A stretch of DNA of 61,718 nucleotides, filler included, from 7 parts of 7 records of this genome joined end to end with filler, not necessarily neighbours in it; one strand, 5' to 3'. Positions 30,547-40,328 are shown, counted from the first letter of the whole stretch. Translations and numbers: made by a program. The notes: generated by a model not told the origin, from the sequence alone.

Positions 30547-31659
30547 TTACTTCTTGGGAGAATGGATGGTGTAGCTGCCGTCCTTATGGAAGTCCGTTTC
30601 AGCTTCAAGGTAATAAACTTCCTTGATATCAGGACGCATATCCAAGGTCATGTAGTAAGCTTCACCACTGCGAGCACCGGTGGTGCAGACAAACACGATG
30701 GGCTTATCAGCCGGAAGCTTCTTGATATTCTTCTCAAGCATGTCCACTGACATGTTCACTGCACTGGGGATATGCCCCTGTGCGTATTCATCAGCATCAC
30801 GAACGTCGATCAGCATGATGGAATTGGGGCTCTCGGCAACAATCTTCTTGAACTGCTCGATATCGATGCTGCCTTCTTCACCGCCGGACTTAACTTCAAC
30901 AGCACCGGATGCGCCGTATAGTTTTTTCCAACCGGGGTATCCGGCTTCTGCAACGTGAACGTTTTTGTAACCGATACCCATGGCGCGGATAGCGGACTTA
31001 TGGCTCAGCTTACACTTGTAGCCACCGCAAAAGTAGATAAGCTTAATGTTTCTCTTATCTGCGGGCAGCAGGCCGGTGCGCTTAGCCCACTTGGAATCTG
31101 GAATTGAGATTGCGGAAGGAATGGAACCAGCAAGAAACTTCTTGGTAGGACGGGCATCGATAAGCATGTAGGGTTCGCCCTTAGCCATCATATCGGCAAC
31201 GGTTTCGAGTCCGATACCACCGTAACGACCGGATTTCATCCAACCGGGGTACCCATAGGGGTATACCTTTACGTTCTTGTAGCCCAGCTTGACCGCCTTT
31301 TTGGCGGACTTGTGACTAAGCTTGCACTTGAGGCCCTGACAATAAAAAATGAGCAGGGTATTTTTGTCCTTAGGCAACTTGTCGGCCATCTTGTCGAACT
31401 TAGAATCCGGGATGGAAACCGCGGTGGGAATATAACCAAGAATGTACTTGCCCTTGTATGGACGGGAATCAATAATCATCACGCCTTCAGGTTTGGGCAT
31501 TTTGGCGTACTTGGCAACAAAGTCGGTGCCGACCATATCCATGTACATCCAATCCTGAATCTTATTCTTGGGTACAACGTCTTTAGCCATGGCCGGCGCG
31601 GCAACAAACGCCAGACACAGAGCCATCAGCAATGCAGTAGTAAACAGCTTTTTCCTCAT
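30547..31659 (-). CDS. Periplasmic triple-rhodanese-domain sulfurtransferase
   Basis: Signal peptide (..APAMA); three repeats IDSR/IDAR/IDVR...G.IP.A; active loops FYCQGLKC, YFCGGYKC, FVCTTGARS. Confidence 0.92.
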   Translation of the reverse strand: MRKKLFTTALLMALCLAFVAAPAMAKDVVPKNKIQDWMYMDMVGTDFVAKYAKMPKPEGVMIIDSRPYKGKYILGYIPTAVSIPDSKFDKMADKLPKDKNTLLIFYCQGLKCKLSHKSAKKAVKLGYKNVKVYPYGYPGWMKSGRYGGIGLETVADMMAKGEPYMLIDARPTKKFLAGSIPSAISIPDSKWAKRTGLLPADKRNIKLIYFCGGYKCKLSHKSAIRAMGIGYKNVHVAEAGYPGWKKLYGASGAVEVKSGGEEGSIDIEQFKKIVAESPNSIMLIDVRDADEYAQGHIPSAVNMSVDMLEKNIKKLPADKPIVFVCTTGARSGEAYYMTLDMRPDIKEVYYLEAETDFHKDGSYTIHSPKK

Positions 31660-31705
31660 TTAACTCTCCCTTTCCTCAATGGTTAATATTTCATGCGCTG
31701 TGCGC

Positions 31706-32431
31706 TTATTTCTGAACTTCAGATGAAGGATCATCTTTCACACGATCATACCAGAGCTTGTGGTGATGCTTGGCGTAATCCTCCGGCACGTGTCCGGTGA
31801 ACATGGAACGGAAACCCGGACGCTCTTCCGGTGAGATAGCCGCCATATAAATATGGACCAGCAGCCCTGCGAAGACCAAACCCACGGCAAGGTAATGCAG
31901 AGTGATGGACCAGCTCACCAAAGCGACATGTTCCGGGCCAAGGGTGCGGTCAGACAGAAACATGATTATTCCGGTCACCACGATCACGATTCCGCCCACA
32001 ACTGATGCCTGAGCAAAGGCCTTCTGGCCCATGTTGTAGTAACCTTGGTCAGGAAGCTCACTATTCTTTCCAAGCATCTTCGGTCCGGCGGTCATCAGGA
32101 TCATCTTGCGGATCATCCAAGCAATGTCGCGGGCCGGATCGACCATGAATACTTCTTTCAAAAAAAACATAGCTCCCTTGAAATTGATCAGCATGTAGAG
32201 GAGCAACCCGCCAGCCCAGAGGAATCCAAGGGTGACGTGAATAGTCAGCAGATTTCCGCCCCCGCCCACAAGTGAGCGCATGAAAGCCGGATAGCCTGAT
32301 CCCAACGGATCAATTTCAGGATTACCGAAAAGCCCCAGTCCGGTGACCAGCAACAGGAACCAGCAGACAGCGTTGAACCAGTGAATGAAAATGTCCGAGC
32401 GGTCATGCCGCTTGTATTGTCTCTGAGTCAT
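31706..32431 (-). CDS. Cytochrome b membrane anchor (FdnI/PhsC-like)
   Basis: Four TM helices with His ligands (IHW, IHV, LHY, VHIY); QGYYNMGQK; RSMFTGHVPEDYAKHHH. Confidence 0.9.
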   Translation of the reverse strand: MTQRQYKRHDRSDIFIHWFNAVCWFLLLVTGLGLFGNPEIDPLGSGYPAFMRSLVGGGGNLLTIHVTLGFLWAGGLLLYMLINFKGAMFFLKEVFMVDPARDIAWMIRKMILMTAGPKMLGKNSELPDQGYYNMGQKAFAQASVVGGIVIVVTGIIMFLSDRTLGPEHVALVSWSITLHYLAVGLVFAGLLVHIYMAAISPEERPGFRSMFTGHVPEDYAKHHHKLWYDRVKDDPSSEVQK

Positions 32432-33198
32432 TACGCATCACCTCCCTTATTTGGGGAGTCTTTATAGGAATCGTCATGCTCTTCTGAACCGACCAGAAGC
32501 TGACGTCCCAGCATCACTGCCACTCCCAGACCGGAAAGGCCTACCACGGTTTTGACCAGCGGGTTAACCATAGTGGTAAGCACGTCCATGGATGATGGCA
32601 TTCGCGCCTCCACAGGCCATTCCAACGGTGCGGTTTCACCGAGATAAATCATGTTCGGTTTGGTGTCGGACTTGGCATTGATCACCCGGACCAGCTTGCC
32701 CTTATTTTCCTGAAGCAGCCGTGCGGCCTCAGAATTGGGATCGTTTATGTCACCAAAGACCCGAGCCTTGGTAGGACAAGTGTCCACACAAGCCGGGAGC
32801 AAGCCCTGTGCACGGCGATCAGCACAGAAGTCGCACTTATCGGCCTTGCGGGTTATTTCATTGCGGAAACGAGCATCGTACGGACAGGCCGGTATACAGT
32901 TACCGCAACCGATACACAGAGTATTATCGATGCGCACGGTTCCGTCTTTCTTATCCTTATAGGTAGCCCCGGTGGGACAAGCCTGAACGCAGGTGGGATT
33001 ATCGCAATGCATACAGCCACCGGGCTGAAAATGGGTTCGCGGCCTTCTGGAAGCAAAGTCCGGCACAGATGCCTTGATCCAGTTACGCCACTGCCCTTCC
33101 GGCACATCGTTGGCGACCTTGCAGGAAGCCATACAGCCCTTGCAGTCTATGCACTTTGACGAATCGATGACCATTGCGAGTTGTACTGTTTTACTCAT
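32431..33198 (-). CDS. 4x[4Fe-4S] electron-transfer subunit (PsrB/PhsB/NrfC-like) with C-terminal TM helix
   Basis: CIDCKGCMASC, CMHCDNPTCVQACP, CIGCGNCIPACP, CDFC..PACVDTCP. Confidence 0.93.
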   Translation of the reverse strand: MSKTVQLAMVIDSSKCIDCKGCMASCKVANDVPEGQWRNWIKASVPDFASRRPRTHFQPGGCMHCDNPTCVQACPTGATYKDKKDGTVRIDNTLCIGCGNCIPACPYDARFRNEITRKADKCDFCADRRAQGLLPACVDTCPTKARVFGDINDPNSEAARLLQENKGKLVRVINAKSDTKPNMIYLGETAPLEWPVEARMPSSMDVLTTMVNPLVKTVVGLSGLGVAVMLGRQLLVGSEEHDDSYKDSPNKGGDA

Positions 33199-35393
33199 GA
33201 GGCCACCTTCCTTGTTACGGATACAAATGTTTCATGCATCGCAGCATTACCGCAGATTTCATCGTAACCCTCCTGAAGCACCGCAGCCATGCTGCCCCCT
33301 TCGCCAAAGATAAGGCTGAGTTGCGGGGACAAGGTTCCAAAACCGGAGAGCATATAAACTGTATTTTCAAGAATACCGTCGGTAATCTCTACTTTAAGTT
33401 CACCCTTGCCCACGGAACTTGAAACTTCCACGGTATCACCAGGCTTGATGCCAAGCCTTTCAGCAGCCTTGGTATTCAGCCAGAGAGTATTGGGTCCGGT
33501 TATCTGGTGCAGCACGGAGTTGTTCTGCGAAGAAGTCTGAGTGACTGAAGCACTGCGTCCGATAACCATGCGGAACCTGTTTTTAGGAGGCTTGGCCGGA
33601 GGTGCGTAGATCGGCAGAGGGTCCACGCCCATCTTTTCGTAACGCTGGTTGTAAAGCTCCACTTTCTTGCTGAGCGTCTTGTATACACGATCTTCGTAAA
33701 TGCCATAAACCTTACTGGGATTGTAGTAGACGCCATCCTTTTTAAAGGCTTCGGCTGCTCCGGGCAGTTCGCGCAATTGCTTCTTACGATATTCCTCAAT
33801 GGTAAAATCGAAGTATTCGCCAAGCTCCAGCTTTCCTGCCACATCCTTAAGCACATCGAAAACCGGACGGGATTCATAAAGAGCCGGAACAACCGGATCA
33901 CGCTGCACAACACAGGCACAGGCAACCGATCCCTGAAGACCGGAAGCAGGGTCCTGCCGTTCCAGATAACTGGGGGCAGGCAACACGAGATCGGCCATCC
34001 AAGCGGTATCGCTCATGGCGATATCCACCACGGTCATAAATTCCATGGAATTACACATCTCGATTGTCTTGGCCCGGTTAGGTGCGGTCCCCATAGGGTT
34101 GGTTTTGTAAACGAACCAGCCTTTGATGGGATACGGCTTACCTTCAAGTATCGCGTCGCGGGTAATTACAAACGAACCGTCATGCTCGAACAACATGGGC
34201 ACCTTGTGGGCATCGATACGGTCATCAGGATTCTCATCATACCACGGAGCATCATAAGGAACGCCCTTGAGTCCCACTTCGCGTGCCGCGAGCAATCCAC
34301 CTGGCTGATCCCAGTTACCGAGTAGACCGTTCACAATGGCAAAGCTGCGGCGAATCTGGGTGGAGTTCTTATAGTCGGAAGTACGGCGACCGGGATAGAT
34401 CATGGAAGCCGGTGCGGCAGCAGCCAGCTCGCGGGCTATGCGGGCGATGTCCTGGGCGGGAATGCCACATTCTTCAGCGGCATAGCGGGGATCATACTTC
34501 TGCACATGTTCACGAAGCTGATCAATGCCGTAAGTTTTATCGGCGATCCACTTTTTGTCGTAAAGTTCTTCATTAATAATGACATTCGCCAGCGCGAGCA
34601 TGAAGACCATGTCCGTACCGGGCTGGATGGGATACCATTCGTCCGCCAATGCTGCGGTCTTGGTATAACGAGGATCAAGCACCACAAGTTTGGAGCCCTT
34701 CTGCATGGCAGTCATCAGGTCGATGGAGTCGGGGGTAACCAGAGCTTCAAAGCGGTTGGCCCCGGCCATGATGATATATTTACTGTTGAGGACATCAGCA
34801 AACGGAACTTCGCCGAAGGTATCAAGAAAGGCACGGCTTCCGCTAAGCAGACAAAGGGATTCGTGGGAAGTCACGTTGTAAGAACCGTAGACTTCGGCAA
34901 AACGGCCCACGAACTTGGATTGCAGGTCGGCTCCGGCAGTAAAGAGATGCCCACAGGGGGTATACTTCTTACGGATGTCCTGCATCTTTTCCGCCATCAA
35001 ATCGATGGCCTCATCCCACGGAATGCGCTGCCATTTCCCCTCACCACGCTCGCCCTTTCTAAGCAAGGGATGCTTGAGTCGGTCAGGGTCGTACATCTGT
35101 GCCACCCCGGCATTACCACGGGCGCAGAGCATACCTCTGGACTTAAGAAATTTAGGGTTGGGATCAAGCTTCTTGACCACACCGTCCTGAATTCGGGCGA
35201 TGCAGCCGCACTTGTTGAAGCACATATCACAGGCCGAGAAGGCCGATTCCCATTTACCGGATGATTTAATTACCTGTGCGGACGCCGCTTCGAGTCCGCC
35301 CAGAACGGGGACACTCCCGGCTGCGGCAGCGGCCAGCATCCCGGAGGCCTTGAAAAAGTCGCGGCGGGAAAGCCTGGTCTTGTCTTTAGCCAC
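33195..35393 (-). CDS. Tat-exported Mo/W-bisPGD oxidoreductase, PsrA/PhsA/SrrA clade
   Basis: Tat motif SRRDFFK; CDMCFNKC...LCARG [4Fe-4S]; SHESLC candidate Mo-ligand Cys; GTG start at 35393 after GGAGG. Confidence 0.9.
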   Translation of the reverse strand: MAKDKTRLSRRDFFKASGMLAAAAAGSVPVLGGLEAASAQVIKSSGKWESAFSACDMCFNKCGCIARIQDGVVKKLDPNPKFLKSRGMLCARGNAGVAQMYDPDRLKHPLLRKGERGEGKWQRIPWDEAIDLMAEKMQDIRKKYTPCGHLFTAGADLQSKFVGRFAEVYGSYNVTSHESLCLLSGSRAFLDTFGEVPFADVLNSKYIIMAGANRFEALVTPDSIDLMTAMQKGSKLVVLDPRYTKTAALADEWYPIQPGTDMVFMLALANVIINEELYDKKWIADKTYGIDQLREHVQKYDPRYAAEECGIPAQDIARIARELAAAAPASMIYPGRRTSDYKNSTQIRRSFAIVNGLLGNWDQPGGLLAAREVGLKGVPYDAPWYDENPDDRIDAHKVPMLFEHDGSFVITRDAILEGKPYPIKGWFVYKTNPMGTAPNRAKTIEMCNSMEFMTVVDIAMSDTAWMADLVLPAPSYLERQDPASGLQGSVACACVVQRDPVVPALYESRPVFDVLKDVAGKLELGEYFDFTIEEYRKKQLRELPGAAEAFKKDGVYYNPSKVYGIYEDRVYKTLSKKVELYNQRYEKMGVDPLPIYAPPAKPPKNRFRMVIGRSASVTQTSSQNNSVLHQITGPNTLWLNTKAAERLGIKPGDTVEVSSSVGKGELKVEITDGILENTVYMLSGFGTLSPQLSLIFGEGGSMAAVLQEGYDEICGNAAMHETFVSVTRKVAS

Positions 35394-35436
35394 TTCCACC
35401 TCCATGTTGATCAAGTGGAAAGGAGTTTAGATTAAA

Positions 35437-35461
35437 GCGGCGGAACCAAACATTCCGCCGC
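35437..35461 (-). other. Intergenic hairpin after the cytochrome c gene
   Basis: GCGGCGGAA-CCAAACA-TTCCGCCGC. Confidence 0.6.
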
Positions 35462-35485
35462 ACGCAAAACGCTGCTGATTAAACT

Positions 35486-35809
35486 CTAGCTACACTTAGC
35501 CGGAGAAGGAGAATCCTTGGCATAGTCATGTAGGTAGGTGAAAATATCGTTGATATCCTTTTCCTTTACCTTCTTCCAATCAGCGAAACACGGGATCTTG
35601 GAAGTGTCGGAGAACATAGCAGTCCACTCAGCCTGAGTCTTGGTGCTGGGACTTAAATCGGATGCGGATTGGCCGTGACAGGAACGGCAATGCTTACGAT
35701 ACAGAAATTTACCTTTACGGGCATTACCACCGCCAAAAGCAGTAGCCATGCTGGCCATGGACAGAATAAAGAGGGCACAAACCAAAATACCTATTACCTT
35801 GCGATTCAT
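35486..35809 (-). CDS. Small periplasmic monoheme cytochrome c
   Basis: Signal peptide, GNARKGKFLYRKHCRSCH (single CxxCH). Confidence 0.9.
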   Translation of the reverse strand: MNRKVIGILVCALFILSMASMATAFGGGNARKGKFLYRKHCRSCHGQSASDLSPSTKTQAEWTAMFSDTSKIPCFADWKKVKEKDINDIFTYLHDYAKDSPSPAKCS

Positions 35810-35900
35810 TAGAAACCTCCAAAATTATTTTTCCTAACCCATAACATCCCCTCACCTTTTTTGGAAGCAAAGAGACGCTTTTATCCAACTCTTCGACTTC

Positions 35901-35929
35901 AATATACCCATACGGGGTATAGGTGTCAA
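35901..35929 (-). promoter_or_regulatory. Sigma70 promoter with an embedded CsoR/CstR-type operator
   Basis: TTGACA-17nt-TATATT on the minus strand; palindrome TATACCC-ATACG-GGGTATA at 35903-35921 overlaps the spacer and -10. Confidence 0.85.
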
Positions 35930-35963
35930 CAATAACTCGCACGAAAACGCATAGGCTCATTCG

Positions 35964-36529
35964 GCAATCCCCCCGAAAATTAATTGTTCTGAAAAGTAGA
36001 ATTTTCTCGTGAAGAAGACCGAGGAGATTCGAATGAAAAAATCACATTACAGCGACAGTCAAATTTTGAGTATTTTGAAGCAAGCCGAAAATGGTGTTCC
36101 CGTTGCCGAGCTTTGCCGAGAACACGGAATGAGCAGCGCCACGTTTTACAAATGGCGTTCAAAATATGGCGGGATGGACGCATCCTTGATGGCCCGCATG
36201 AAAGATCTGGAACGCGAGAATCGCCAATTAAAGAAAAGGCTAACATCGGTCAGGCGTGCAAAGCCGTCGGGATCAGTCAAACGTGCTACAGATACGAACC
36301 GAAACTGTCCGCTGAGAACAATATTATGGTCCGATTGACGCACAATCAGCATAACTGGGGTTTTGGCCTGTGCTTCCTGCACCTGCGCAACATACAGGGT
36401 TTTTCATGGAACCATAAACGTGTTTACCGGATCTACCGTGAGTTTGAGCTAAACATGCGCATCAAGCCTAAAAAACGAATTGTGCGAGACAAGCCGGAAG
36501 TGAAACGTCTACTGGAAAACTTTTCCTAA
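35964..36529 (+). mobile_element. IS3-family remnant (orfA plus internally deleted, truncated orfB)
   Basis: OrfA from 36033: MKKSHYSDSQILSILKQAENGVPVAELCREHGMSSATFYKWRSKYGG; OrfB WGFGLCFLHLRN..WNHKRVYRIYRE; no DDE domain; left end approximate. Confidence 0.88.
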
Positions 36530-36898
36530 TAAATTTAATTCCACCAAGCATATCCCGAATATATAGTCTCTTCAGAAGTAAACTTTTAGCCTATATGATA
36601 TTTTACTTCAGAAATAAAAAAATCGACAAATAAGTAGACAAAACAACCCAAGAATATTATCAGCAAAATAATTGTAAAGCTAAAAAACTAAAAATAAGCC
36701 TTTAAGACTAGCATCATTAAGAAATTTTGATTTGGTATTTTGTATTTGGACACTAATCTCTCTATCAGGTGAGTTTAGCTTTTTTGTGACGGATGGATGC
36801 ATTATAAAAAAACGAGCCCATATGTCAGATTTGATATTGTGTCGAATTGGCGAACAGCTCAGATCAGATGCACATTGAAATTGAAAAGGAAGAACGCG

Positions 36899-37987
36899 AT
36901 GAACACTATGACGAATTCTCTGAATAAGGAATGTGGTATCGAAAAAACACCAATTAAAAAACTGGTGCGGACCTCACCGATTTCAAATGTAGAAATTCTG
37001 GTTAAATTAGAATTTTATAATCTAAGCGGGAGTGTAAAGGACAGGCCTGCAAGGTATCTGATAAACATGGCTGAGCAGAGTGGACAATTAACGACTGGCG
37101 GTACCATCATTGAATCGTCTTCTGGAAATTTTGGTATTTCATTGGCTATGATAGGCGCTCAACGGGGTTATCGTGTGATCATTTTAATAGACCCCAAAAC
37201 GACTATGACAAATAAAAGAATTATTGAGGCTTATGGAGCAGAGACAATCATTGTTACTGAGAAGGATGATTGTGGCTCATACCATAAAACACGGATAGCT
37301 TTAGCAAATCAGCTTGCAAAGGAAATCCCAGGAAGTTTTAGGCCTGACCAATGTTTTAATCCCAGTAATGCCGTAGCGCATTATAATATAACTGGCCCAG
37401 AAATCGTAAACCAACTACAAGAAGCTCCAGATATAATTGTAGCTGCAGTAAGCACTGGGGGGCAGATCGGTGGGCTGTCTCGATATTTTAAAAAAAATAA
37501 CTTGGCGTGTCGAATTATTGCAGTTGATGCCGTGGGGTCTGCGGTGTTTGGTGGAGAAAGTCATTCCTACTTGTTGCCAGGGATGGGACTTGGCTGGACA
37601 TCACCAAATATTTCAGACCTCTCAGCAATTGACCGTGTCTACAAGGTTCCAGATGCTTTGGCGTTCCAATGTTGCCACATTATGGCAAGGTATGAAGGTT
37701 TTATGTTAGGTGGATCTTCAGGTGCTGCGATTGCAGCAGCCTTTCGTGAAGCCAAAGAAGCGAAACCAGGTTCAAAAATTTTAGTCATCGCGGGGGACAA
37801 CGGTGGACGATACGTAGACACTATATTCAATCAGGACTGGCTGGAAAATAATGGTGTTATGCGGTCGTACAAACTGGAAAACTTCCATCAAGATCTGACC
37901 GAATTAAATCCATACTCCTGCCATCCGTCAGAATGCGAAAATTATAACCTTGATCTGGCTCAAGAGCTCGGCAGTAATTACTTATAA
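36899..37987 (+). CDS. PLP-dependent cysteine-synthase-family enzyme, SbnA-like
   Basis: SGSVKDR (PLP Lys), ESSSGNFG; IDPKTT..N, E.DD.GSY..TRI, AVSTGG and AVDAVGS..FG resemble SbnA more than CysK/CysM. Confidence 0.85.
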   Translation: MNTMTNSLNKECGIEKTPIKKLVRTSPISNVEILVKLEFYNLSGSVKDRPARYLINMAEQSGQLTTGGTIIESSSGNFGISLAMIGAQRGYRVIILIDPKTTMTNKRIIEAYGAETIIVTEKDDCGSYHKTRIALANQLAKEIPGSFRPDQCFNPSNAVAHYNITGPEIVNQLQEAPDIIVAAVSTGGQIGGLSRYFKKNNLACRIIAVDAVGSAVFGGESHSYLLPGMGLGWTSPNISDLSAIDRVYKVPDALAFQCCHIMARYEGFMLGGSSGAAIAAAFREAKEAKPGSKILVIAGDNGGRYVDTIFNQDWLENNGVMRSYKLENFHQDLTELNPYSCHPSECENYNLDLAQELGSNYL

Positions 37988-38008
37988 ATAGGTTTAGGGT
38001 TATTATTT

Positions 38009-39220
38009 ATGGAATATAGCTTTGTAGTAAGACGTGCAAAATTTATTCTTGGCGAGAATATTATCCTCCTTCCTCTTTTTCTCTTTGCCGTTTTGTCACA
38101 GACGACGGCAGTTCTCATGCCATTTCTCGTCTCAGACATGGGGTATGGCTATACAGAAATGGGGTGGCCTGTAGCAGTAGGTTTTGCAGCAGCAATGCTG
38201 CTTAGACCTTTTGTAGGAGATTTGTTAGATATCTTTGGTGTAAAAAAGGTATTTCTCGCAAGTATCATTGCACTTGTTGTAGGTAGTTTTGGCTTAGGAA
38301 TGGCATCATCATTATTTGCGATTGTCACACTACGTATGCTTATAGCGGTTGGAGCTGCAGTCTTTTACACTGCTGGTGGAATCTTGTATTTAAAAAATGC
38401 TGAGGATGCAGAGGTAGGCACTAGATCCTCCCTATTCAGCTTGGTAGTTGTTGCACCTAGACTCTTTACTCCAATAGCAGCACTAGTTGCCAGAGACTAT
38501 GTGCCATATAGTGACATCTTTTTTACTGTTTCTGTATTGTCTTTAATTATGTTGTTTTTTTCTGGGGGTCAATTTAACAATACAGCTAATATAGCAAAGG
38601 ACAGCAAAGGCGAATGTTCAAAACAGGACTTAGCGGGCAGACTACTGCCTAGTCACAGAAAAATAATTACGATGTTCTGCTATATAGGAATTGTTGCAGG
38701 AAATGTCATGGTCTACACAGCGACTATATTCCTACCTGTTTTCTTAGACAAACAAGATCCTCATTTCGCTAAACTTTTTTTTGTTGTGCAAGCTCCTTTG
38801 GTTGTTGTTGCCAGGTATGTGCTTCGCAATCATATGCCTAAAAACTTACAACTCCCCCAAAAAATATTAATATTGGCGGCTTTTATCAGCTCATTAGGAG
38901 TTCTTAGTGCTGGATTCTTTCCAAACGGGTTCACTGTTCTTGCTTCAGCAGTTGTCTCTGGTGGAATACTTGCTTTGCTGTATCCAGGTTTCATGGCTCT
39001 CTTAACACTAGCAACACCACGGGCTGAACGCGCACGCACGTTCGGAATTTACAACATGGCTGCAGATTTCGGTGCTGTAAGCGGATTACTGGTGATTGGC
39101 TGGTTGTCCGACATTTTTGATTATGTCTTTATTCTGTCCTTCACGACAGCAATTTTTATGATCTTTATGGTCGCCACAGCAGCGGCATTTCAATTTACTC
39201 ATAGACAGAGAGGAAACTAA
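38009..39220 (+). CDS. MFS transporter (probable exporter)
   Basis: About 12 TM helices; GDLLDIFGVKK motif A; PRAERARTFGIY. Confidence 0.88.
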   Translation: MEYSFVVRRAKFILGENIILLPLFLFAVLSQTTAVLMPFLVSDMGYGYTEMGWPVAVGFAAAMLLRPFVGDLLDIFGVKKVFLASIIALVVGSFGLGMASSLFAIVTLRMLIAVGAAVFYTAGGILYLKNAEDAEVGTRSSLFSLVVVAPRLFTPIAALVARDYVPYSDIFFTVSVLSLIMLFFSGGQFNNTANIAKDSKGECSKQDLAGRLLPSHRKIITMFCYIGIVAGNVMVYTATIFLPVFLDKQDPHFAKLFFVVQAPLVVVARYVLRNHMPKNLQLPQKILILAAFISSLGVLSAGFFPNGFTVLASAVVSGGILALLYPGFMALLTLATPRAERARTFGIYNMAADFGAVSGLLVIGWLSDIFDYVFILSFTTAIFMIFMVATAAAFQFTHRQRGN

Positions 39221-40128
39221 TGATGACAAAGTCAGACCGCTCTGACGCACAGGTTTTGTTTATAGGGAATGAACTAGATCGTGAAGATATAGATTCGGTT
39301 TTTGAATCTCTTAATGATCTCGGAGTGCAGGGAGCATTGGCACACCCTGATGAACTCATTTTATCCATCAATGGTGAAACAACCGAACTTTATTGGCGAG
39401 GATCTCAAATATATCCAAAATTAATTATTGGTTGGGTCTTTGAGGAAGTTCTACTCCCGGGAATGACACTCCTAACAGCTCTCGAAGCCTCAGGATTCCA
39501 AGTAATAAACGGTGCGCAAATCCTATTCGAAGGTCAGAATAAATTCATAAATTCAGCACGTCTCGCCGCAGCAAAAGTCCCCCACCTTCCGGTACTATGC
39601 GGTCACGGGAGCAATGAGTTAACAGAGTTAGCCTATGAAAAAATCGGTTATCCGGCAGTGGGCAAGCCGGTTGTTGGTGCAGGAGGACAGTCAGTGGTCC
39701 GTCACGAAGATCGCAACAGTCTACTAGCAAGTTCAACCGTATTAGATGGGTTAGGAGAATATACGTACGTTCAAAGTTGGCTTTCGAAAGAAAAAAATCA
39801 AGATATTCGTATTGTATGTGTAGATTATAAACCGATTTATGCATATTCTCGCACAGCCCCCCCCAACACATGGATAACAAATATCATGGCAGGCGGGCTT
39901 GGTATAGAAGTTGAGATTACACCAGAACTGGAAGAAATTGCAACTAGGTCTGCACACGCATTGTCCGCACGTATTGCTGGCGTTGATGTGGTGCAAGATG
40001 AAGCTACAGGTCGTTTTTATGTTTTTGAAGTAAACACATGCCCAACATTAAAAATTTCAAGGTCTGTTCAAGACGGTGGCAGGGCTGTCGAGGAAGCTGT
40101 AGCTGCTTTTTTTACCAGCCTAATTTGA
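39220..40128 (+). CDS. RimK/LysX-family ATP-grasp amide ligase
   Basis: VING...QNKF, GYPAVGKPVVGAGG, YVQSWL..DIRI, WITNIMAGG, AGVDV, EVNTCP. Confidence 0.88.
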   Translation: MMTKSDRSDAQVLFIGNELDREDIDSVFESLNDLGVQGALAHPDELILSINGETTELYWRGSQIYPKLIIGWVFEEVLLPGMTLLTALEASGFQVINGAQILFEGQNKFINSARLAAAKVPHLPVLCGHGSNELTELAYEKIGYPAVGKPVVGAGGQSVVRHEDRNSLLASSTVLDGLGEYTYVQSWLSKEKNQDIRIVCVDYKPIYAYSRTAPPNTWITNIMAGGLGIEVEITPELEEIATRSAHALSARIAGVDVVQDEATGRFYVFEVNTCPTLKISRSVQDGGRAVEEAVAAFFTSLI

Positions 40129-40189
40129 CATAGACTAGTCGTATTTGATTTTACCATTCCTCTTGAAAAATAGTAGTGGTATTTTGCAG

Positions 40190-40228
40190 AAAAAGAATAA
40201 GCCTCACAAAGAAAAATCTTCGTAAGGC
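40190..40228 (-). terminator. Terminator of an off-contig minus-strand transcript
   Basis: GCCTTACGAAGA-TTTT-TCTTTGTGAGGC (12 bp with G-U pairs) followed by TTATTCTTTTT. Confidence 0.65.
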
Positions 40229-40328
40229 NNNNNNNNNNNNNNNNNNNNNNNNNNNNNNNNNNNNNNNNNNNNTTAATTAATTAANNNNNNNNNNNNNNNN
40301 NNNNNNNNNNNNNNNNNNNNNNNNNNNN
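40229..40328. other. Artificial contig spacer
   Basis: N44-TTAATTAATTAA-N44. Confidence 0.99.
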
